This document shows, one piece after another, positions 58,243-64,000 of a DNA stretch of 64,000 bases. Each line of letters begins with the position of its first letter. The stretch's first letter is position 1. The DNA is from a virus. Location of the stretch: the IMG/VR virus record IMGVR_UViG_3300034175_000063, positions 13,649 through 77,648 of that record, one strand, 5' to 3'. The position numbers and the translations under genes were made by a program. The notes beneath the pieces were generated by a model. That model had not been told where the DNA came from, did not search any database, and was given only the letters and a program-made list of their open reading frames with translations.

Positions 58243-58446
58243 ATGGCATCCGTCACCCTCAAGAACACCAAGGCCGAGCTCTTCGCTGAAGTCCAACGCC
58301 TTCAAGCATTGCTGGCTGCTGCATCCGCTGTCGCCGCACCTATCGTCCGTCGTCCCAACCAGCCTCAGTGGCAGGTTGACCGTGCTATCGCTATGGCCTC
58401 TGCCCGTCAGCAGGCTATGTCCCTCAACTCCGTTGTCAAAGTCTAA
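58243..58446 (+). CDS. early hypothetical protein
   Basis: AGGAG SD before ATG 58243. Confidence 0.7.
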   Translation: MASVTLKNTKAELFAEVQRLQALLAAASAVAAPIVRRPNQPQWQVDRAIAMASARQQAMSLNSVVKV

Positions 58447-58456
58447 GGCTCACATC

Positions 58457-58600
58457 ATGTCCGCACTCCACACCATCACCACCAATGTCCATGGCACCAA
58501 CGTACCTGCTACGCCTGTAGCCGCTGTTGTACCTGCTGCTGCTCCGATCGTGGCTGCTCCTGTACAGGCTGCATCCATCCTCGAACAGCACTGGGGCTAA
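58457..58600 (+). CDS. small Ala/Pro-rich early peptide
   Basis: ATG 58457, GCT-rich codon use like its neighbours. Confidence 0.5.
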   Translation: MSALHTITTNVHGTNVPATPVAAVVPAAAPIVAAPVQAASILEQHWG

Positions 58601-58604
58601 CACC

Positions 58605-58919
58605 ATGGCTGCCGAAGAGATCAAGCCAGACTTCAGGAATGCTCCGATCACCGCGCCCTATGCACGGGACATGGTGCTCGAGGCTCACAGGCTCCTGTTG
58701 CCTCACCATCCCTACGCAGAAGACATCATCTTCGTCGAGATCTTCGAGGTGCCTGGCATGGCCTTGCACAACGAGGAAGGCGTGATCTTCTATCACCCTC
58801 ACATCGTCATGCAGATACCGCTGGATAACCTGTGCCAGATCCTTTCTCAGATCCTTCATGAGTATGGAATGCACATCAGTGAGCTTCATGCTCCACCACC
58901 GGGCACGGTACTGCATTAG
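58605..58919 (+). CDS. early hypothetical protein
   Basis: ATG 58605; IFYHP...ILHEYGMH. Confidence 0.6.
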   Translation: MAAEEIKPDFRNAPITAPYARDMVLEAHRLLLPHHPYAEDIIFVEIFEVPGMALHNEEGVIFYHPHIVMQIPLDNLCQILSQILHEYGMHISELHAPPPGTVLH

Positions 58920-58935
58920 TCCTGTCTAAGCTACT

Positions 58936-58953
58936 TGGCCTCCGGCCATGTGG
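58936..58953 (+). promoter_or_regulatory. vRNAP hairpin promoter 3
   Basis: TGGCC-TCC-GGCCA then TGTGG; predicted +1 G at 58953. Confidence 0.82.
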
Positions 58954-59013
58954 TGGAGATCTGCTCCAAACCCAATCACCCTCATATCCACTCATATCTA
59001 AGGAATCACTATC

Positions 59014-59298
59014 ATGGCATTCGAGAAAAACGGCAACACCAAAGGCGCTGACAACGGCATTCCTGCTAACAAGAAGGCTGTCGGCTTCATCAACTTCTAC
59101 CTGCCGACCACCGGTGGTAGCCGCCGCAAAGTCGGTGCGATCCCGTGCCGCGAGATGTACAGCAACGAGCGCGCGCTGGCCGAGTGGTTCGCTGTCGATC
59201 CGGCTGGCCGTGCCGAGATCTTCCTGAAGCAGTTGCAGGTGGAATACAACGCTTCGACTCCGGCCGAAGATACCGCCTTCGACCTCCCTGACGCTTAA
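59014..59298 (+). CDS. gp2/Drc-like ssDNA-binding RNAP II co-activator
   Basis: KA.GFINFYLPT..G.RRK.GAIP motif; early position upstream of RNAP II. Confidence 0.7.
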   Translation: MAFEKNGNTKGADNGIPANKKAVGFINFYLPTTGGSRRKVGAIPCREMYSNERALAEWFAVDPAGRAEIFLKQLQVEYNASTPAEDTAFDLPDA

Positions 59299-59312
59299 TC
59301 CCACGTCGGGCC

Positions 59313-59351
59313 GCCACTATCCCCTTCTGGGGATGGTGGCTGTTCTTTTTT
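59313..59351 (+). terminator. intrinsic terminator
   Basis: GCCACTATCCCC-TTCT-GGGGATGGTGGC followed by a T-rich tract. Confidence 0.7.
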
Positions 59352-59383
59352 ACACACAGACAGTGGAATACATAATGACAGGC

Positions 59384-59401
59384 TGTCCTCCGGACATGCT
59401 G
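59384..59401 (+). promoter_or_regulatory. vRNAP hairpin promoter 4
   Basis: TGTCC-TCC-GGACA then TGCTG; predicted +1 G at 59401. Confidence 0.78.
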
Positions 59402-59436
59402 TGGTGTTCCCTTATATCTCATTGAAGGAGTTGATT

Positions 59437-59808
59437 ATGATCTTCGTATTCGGTAGTAATCTCGGTGGTATCCATGGTGCCGGCGCAGCACGTCACGCAT
59501 GGGAGCATGAGGGTGCAATCCTGCATCAAGGCATTGGCCATCACGGTAATAGCTATGCTATTCCGACCAAGGACAAAACCATTCGCCACAGCTTGCCGCT
59601 GGTAGAAATAAAGGGCTACGTCGATGATTTCATCGAATATGCCCGTGCTCATCCTGAATTTCAGTTCATGGTGACGCGCATTGGATGCGGCTTAGCCGGA
59701 TTCACCAATGAACAGATTGCTCCACTGTTCGTCAATGCACCAAAGAACTGCTACTTCGATAAAGACTGGCGCATATTCATGCTGGATGCCTATTTCTGGA
59801 ACGCTTAA
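59437..59808 (+). CDS. conserved phage protein with IFVFGSN..G.HGAGAA motif (macrodomain-like fold suspected)
   Basis: IFVFGSNLGGIHGAGAA, SYAIPTK, F.VTRIGCGLAG, IAPLF. Confidence 0.75.
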   Translation: MIFVFGSNLGGIHGAGAARHAWEHEGAILHQGIGHHGNSYAIPTKDKTIRHSLPLVEIKGYVDDFIEYARAHPEFQFMVTRIGCGLAGFTNEQIAPLFVNAPKNCYFDKDWRIFMLDAYFWNA

Positions 59809-59820
59809 AGGAGCCTCATC

Positions 59821-60018
59821 ATGGCGATCGACGCATCAAAATATAACTCAGAGATCTCGTACAACATTGGTGACGCATTTAGTCCCGATGGTGCGCGAGC
59901 ATTCGAGATCATGTACAAATGCGACACGATTAGCCTGATCGTGTTGCCTGAACAAGCTAATAAACTGGCCGCAATTCTTAATGAGCTGGGCTGTATCCAC
60001 TCGCCATCAGAAATATAA
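59821..60018 (+). CDS. hypothetical protein
   Basis: AAGGAG SD. Confidence 0.6.
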   Translation: MAIDASKYNSEISYNIGDAFSPDGARAFEIMYKCDTISLIVLPEQANKLAAILNELGCIHSPSEI

Positions 60019-60028
60019 GGAGATTCAA

Positions 60029-60943
60029 ATGTCCCATGCCATCATTCAAGAGCACAACGAGAAGCGATTCAATCGCAAGCACATCGACGGTTATATCCGC
60101 GAAGCGATTCAATCTGATCCTGTTATGCAGGAGAAGATAAGTCTGGGCGTCCGTCTGGTCAATGACTACATTCAGAAAGCCAATAACCTCGAGTATTACA
60201 ACTCGAAGAATATCAGGGTGGTCCAGTTGATTAACATGGACATCCACACCCTGGTCACCGACATATTCGTTGGTGTGGCCTATAGCCAGCGCCCAGAGCT
60301 GTTCACCAGCGTCACTGCACAGATGGCTGCCCGTCTTCGCTTTAGCGATAAGACAGAGGCCATCATCACCACTGCCGAACTCATGGCTGTGCTCTGCAAC
60401 ACCGATGCATTCGACATCACCAAACCAGCGAAGATGGCATCCCTGCACATCGTTTCACGCATTCCGCTGTCCGATAAACTGGTCACCTTCATCGAAGAGT
60501 CCCAGTTTCTGCCTCCTATGGTGGTCCCACCACTGGAATTGACCTCCAATTTCTGTTCCGGATACCTCACCCACAACGATTCGTTGATACTGGGTAGCGG
60601 TAATCACCATGATGGCGACATCTGCTTGGATGTTCTCAACACCATGAACGCTGTTGAGCTGTCATTGGACCTCGAGTTTCTCTCCTCAGTCGAGGAAGAA
60701 CCTAATTCACCACTGGTGAATCAAGACCAGCTTGATAACTGGAAGCAATTCAAGATTCACTCGTATCGCTTCTACAGTCTCATTGCCTCACAAGGCAACG
60801 TGTTTCACATGACCCATAAGGTCGACAAGCGTGGCCGGGCGTACAGCCAAGGCTATCACATCAATCCGCAGGGCTCGGCATTCAAGAAAGCGAGTATCGA
60901 GCTGGCCAATCCCGAATATATTGAAGGTGTGCCATGCATATAG
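60029..60943 (+). CDS. RNA polymerase II subunit 1 (N4 gp15-like)
   Basis: LPPMVVPP, SGYLT, HHDGDICLD, THKVDKRGRAYSQGYHINPQG. Confidence 0.92.
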   Translation: MSHAIIQEHNEKRFNRKHIDGYIREAIQSDPVMQEKISLGVRLVNDYIQKANNLEYYNSKNIRVVQLINMDIHTLVTDIFVGVAYSQRPELFTSVTAQMAARLRFSDKTEAIITTAELMAVLCNTDAFDITKPAKMASLHIVSRIPLSDKLVTFIEESQFLPPMVVPPLELTSNFCSGYLTHNDSLILGSGNHHDGDICLDVLNTMNAVELSLDLEFLSSVEEEPNSPLVNQDQLDNWKQFKIHSYRFYSLIASQGNVFHMTHKVDKRGRAYSQGYHINPQGSAFKKASIELANPEYIEGVPCI

Positions 60944-61200
60944 AGAATCATCGACTGCTGATATTCAAACCAGATAATGAAGTGGAGGTGTATGAAGGTA
61001 ATAAATTACCGAATCCCGCTCATTATCCAGTGGGTACGTGGTGCCGTTCCCGCAATGGCACCATTGTAGGCTCCGGCTGGATACAGCTGGTGCAATACAC
61101 CATGCCCAAGTCCATAGCATGGGAATACTATGACGCAGATGCTCCGGATCTGGCCCATCTTACGAAATACATGAAGATGATGGCGTTGGTGATGCCATGA
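60934..61200 (+). CDS. hypothetical protein between RNAP II subunits
   Basis: Overlap-coupled, lower-GC ORF. Confidence 0.6.
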   Translation: MHIENHRLLIFKPDNEVEVYEGNKLPNPAHYPVGTWCRSRNGTIVGSGWIQLVQYTMPKSIAWEYYDADAPDLAHLTKYMKMMALVMP

Positions 61201-61421
61201 TTACCGTCTTCTATGGTTATCAGGTCTATGGCCAGTATGAAAATGACTGGCGTAAGTTACGTAAGCTTATACCACCCACGGATCCTGTCTATCAGGAAGC
61301 CTTTGTATATTCACGGGGTAATAACCCCAACGCCGATTGGTATCGCATGGATGGTACTCCAGTGTTACTGGAGGACGTACCAAAGCGACTCCGCATGCTT
61401 CAACTCGTATTGAACCTATAA
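61197..61421 (+). CDS. hypothetical protein between RNAP II subunits
   Basis: ATGA-coupled; WYRMDGTPVLLEDVPK. Confidence 0.6.
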   Translation: MITVFYGYQVYGQYENDWRKLRKLIPPTDPVYQEAFVYSRGNNPNADWYRMDGTPVLLEDVPKRLRMLQLVLNL

Positions 61422-61438
61422 CCTACAAGGAAACTATC

Positions 61439-62686
61439 ATGGCAATGACCAAATTCACCGGCTGGCAATACCTGCTCATCGACCTCGCCAATACCTTCGG
61501 CCTCGATAAGCTGCTGTTTGAAGACCGCATCAAGTGGGCTGAATCCAACCTGCACCAGCTTGAGCTGCTGAACGACAAAGCTGACACCGTTCCGCTGTAT
61601 CGCAAGGCCACCATGGCCATCCGTAAGGTGCTGCGTGGTGAGCCTACTGGTCACCTCGTTGCCCTTGATGCCTGCTGCTCAGGCATTCAGGTCATGTCGG
61701 CCCTCACTGGCTGCATCACCGGTGCCACTCATACTGGCCTGGTCGACCCTACGGTACGTGCTGATGCATATACCAAGACCACCGAGTTCATGAACGATGA
61801 GCTGGGCGGCGGGCTCGTAGTGTCCCGCGGCGATGCCAAGGATGCACTCATGACCTCGTTCTATGGCTCTAAGGCCAAGCCGAAGGAGATCTTCGGTGCC
61901 GATACACCTGAACTCAACGCCTTCTACACGGCGATGAACAAGGTGGCACCGGGCGCATGGGAGCTCTTGCAGGATCTGCTGGGCTCATGGCAGCCGTTCG
62001 CACTGAAGCACAGCTGGCAGCTGCCGGACGGATTCAATGCCGTGGTCAAGGTCATGGAAGCCAAACAGACAAGGATTGAGGTCGACGAGCTCGATCACAG
62101 CACTTTCACCTATGACTACTATGTCAACGAGGGCACCAAGACCGGCCTCTCGCTGGTCGCCAACGTGGTGCACAGCGTCGATGCCTACGTCCTGCGTGGG
62201 ATCCATCGCCGCTGCAACTACAACCCTGCCGTCATCGGCCAGGCCATCGACGCAATCAACACCGTACTCGTATTGCGCACGGAAACTGGCATTCAGCAAG
62301 AGAAAGTAGTTGCCGGAACCAAAGTTGCGTATTACATTGAGCAGTATCAACGTAGTTCCATGGCAGACGTGGTAATCGCACCACATATTACTGCCAGCAA
62401 TGCCCACCAATTGAGCACCGCTCATCTGGTGGCGCTGCAATCCGTCATCAATTCGATGCTGGTGCACAGCCCGTTCGACGTCGTAACGGTCCACGATGAA
62501 TTCAAATGTGGTGCAAATCACATGAACCACCTGCGCCAGCACTACATCAACATCTTTGCCGAACTGGCCGAAAGCAAGCTGCTATCGGACTTGCTGTCCC
62601 AGATCCACGGTACGCCATGCGTCTTCAAGAAGCTGTCGACCAATCTGGGATCGCTGATCCGTAATTCCAACTATGCATTATCTTGA
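61439..62686 (+). CDS. RNA polymerase II subunit 2 (N4 gp16-like)
   Basis: Motif A LDACCSGIQ, motif B RGDAKDALMTSFYGS, ANVVHSVDA, motif C VHDEF. Confidence 0.93.
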   Translation: MAMTKFTGWQYLLIDLANTFGLDKLLFEDRIKWAESNLHQLELLNDKADTVPLYRKATMAIRKVLRGEPTGHLVALDACCSGIQVMSALTGCITGATHTGLVDPTVRADAYTKTTEFMNDELGGGLVVSRGDAKDALMTSFYGSKAKPKEIFGADTPELNAFYTAMNKVAPGAWELLQDLLGSWQPFALKHSWQLPDGFNAVVKVMEAKQTRIEVDELDHSTFTYDYYVNEGTKTGLSLVANVVHSVDAYVLRGIHRRCNYNPAVIGQAIDAINTVLVLRTETGIQQEKVVAGTKVAYYIEQYQRSSMADVVIAPHITASNAHQLSTAHLVALQSVINSMLVHSPFDVVTVHDEFKCGANHMNHLRQHYINIFAELAESKLLSDLLSQIHGTPCVFKKLSTNLGSLIRNSNYALS

Positions 62687-62699
62687 AAGGAACATACCA

Positions 62700-63038
62700 A
62701 TGACCGAAACAGAAACTGATCTAGCCGTACTCGAACGAGCATGGGCTGACCAACTGCCCCACTGGGTACTGCGCAAGGCCACACCCGGCCTGTACGAAGT
62801 GGGCTGCAACCTGCCCACGCGCGACGGCCGACGTATGGGCAACGCCCACATCGTCAAAGCCGAGCCTGACAAGCTCGGCCTCGGCCGCATGTACTACAGC
62901 TGCCTCACCGACGCTGGCAGCAAGTTCGTGATGAACAGCAGCGAGCTCGCTGAATGCTTCTGGCCCCCAAAATGGGTCAGCGACGTCAACGAGATCGTGC
63001 GCAAGTTCGACCGCAACGATCAGCCTGAACCAGATTGA
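62700..63038 (+). CDS. hypothetical protein
   Basis: AAGGAA SD; LPTRDGRRMGNA motif. Confidence 0.65.
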   Translation: MTETETDLAVLERAWADQLPHWVLRKATPGLYEVGCNLPTRDGRRMGNAHIVKAEPDKLGLGRMYYSCLTDAGSKFVMNSSELAECFWPPKWVSDVNEIVRKFDRNDQPEPD

Positions 63039-63095
63039 TTTGGGTCCAGCGGAGCAGTTGAGGAGCCGCCCGTCCGGGCGGTCTGTGAGCTGGTT

Positions 63096-63128
63096 GAGGT
63101 GAGCCCATTCGGGTTCACCTCTTTTTTT
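63096..63128 (+). terminator. intrinsic terminator
   Basis: GAGGTGAGCCC-ATTC-GGGTTCACCTC followed by T7. Confidence 0.85.
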
Positions 63129-63165
63129 ATCAGCGATTTCATCTTAACCACATTGGATACTTCAC

Positions 63166-63342
63166 ATGAACAAGACAGTCATTCCAAGTACAGGGCCACT
63201 GTCCGTCAAGTGTCCTCTGTGCGGAGCAGCACCAGGTAACAAGTGCATCACAGTCAACCAACACACAATCAGCGTAGCCGGCAAGATAAACCATCTTACC
63301 CGTGTGCGTCTCTCTCAAGGCTTAAAAAGGACTTCATCATGA
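63166..63342 (+). CDS. 58-aa zinc-finger protein (absent from ORF track)
   Basis: CPLCGAAPGNKC...H.TR; stop overlaps ATG 63339. Confidence 0.65.
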   Translation: MNKTVIPSTGPLSVKCPLCGAAPGNKCITVNQHTISVAGKINHLTRVRLSQGLKRTSS

Positions 63343-63938
63343 CACCTGAACAGCTGTGGAAGTCCCTGGAACCCCAGGTAGAAGAAATCGAGCGTGAGCT
63401 CATGAGCCGTGAGAACATCGCCGACGCCATGTTCGATGCCATGCTGACCGGCGCCGGCCTCTACAGCATCGGCGTGGATCCTGCATCCATGACCATGGTG
63501 CTGGCCCATGTCCGTCAATCCGACGTCATGATCAGCGGTCACCCTGACCAGATGCAGCCTACCGGCCGGCAGCCGGGCCTCGTGATCATCGACGAGTGCG
63601 AACCACTCATGTCGGCTGAGCTGGAAGAGATGCTGATCCAGCTGGGCCGCAGTAGCAAAGGCAACGCCCTTGGCCAAGGCATCATCGTCATCGGTGGTGA
63701 CGGCTACTCCGATCGGGGGTTCATCGAATTCAAGACGAGCAGCCGGCGTCGCGCCGGTTCGTTGGCCCTCGCTGCGCTGGCCATGGAGGCGATCGCAATG
63801 CCGGATATCAGCTGGCTGATGAAGGCTGAGCCGCCACCAGGCGACCCATGGCATCAGAAACCATTGTCAAAAAAGAACTATGCAGCTCCGAGACAGTCTT
63901 TCCGGGGTCGCATGAGAAGTGTGAACCGAAACCGGTGA
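63339..63938 (+). CDS. hypothetical protein
   Basis: AAGGA SD before ATG 63339; basic C-terminus. Confidence 0.65.
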   Translation: MTPEQLWKSLEPQVEEIERELMSRENIADAMFDAMLTGAGLYSIGVDPASMTMVLAHVRQSDVMISGHPDQMQPTGRQPGLVIIDECEPLMSAELEEMLIQLGRSSKGNALGQGIIVIGGDGYSDRGFIEFKTSSRRRAGSLALAALAMEAIAMPDISWLMKAEPPPGDPWHQKPLSKKNYAAPRQSFRGRMRSVNRNR

Positions 63939-64000
63939 AACTTCTAAACCGATAACCTAACTGGTCGAAAAGTCGATTTTTCTACTATATCCAACCGGTA

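Overview
This window is most of the genome of a lytic N4-like podovirus (Schitoviridae-type; GC roughly 58-60% by eye, probably a proteobacterial host), apparently circularly permuted. From left to right it holds the 3' part of a family A DNA polymerase, rIIA/rIIB, and an inverted lysis plus tail-fibre module (8.0-18.5 kb). Next come thyX, a class II ribonucleotide reductase, an HNH endonuclease and the N4 replication block (gp42-like nuclease, primase, Sak4-like ATPase, SSB, RuvC-like resolvase). A ~770-bp non-coding gap follows, then the reverse-strand virion block (3,456-aa virion RNA polymerase, ejection/structural proteins, major capsid, portal, terminase) and the probable genome terminus at ~57.2-57.4 kb. 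The early region has four vRNAP hairpin promoters, a gp2/Drc-like activator and the two RNAP II subunits. Four observations stand out. (1) A complete acyl carrier protein domain with an intact DSL phosphopantetheine motif is inserted in-frame inside rIIB. (2) A ~640-nt, end-paired, ornate structured RNA candidate with three tRNA T-arm-like hairpins, but no tRNA, occupies the position where N4-like phages often keep tRNAs. (3) A tandem pair of putative nucleotide-signal sponge (anti-defence) genes follows ssb, one fused to a second domain. (4) A second class of TCC-loop hairpin elements occurs in the middle region. All family assignments come from motif recognition and synteny; no searches were run.
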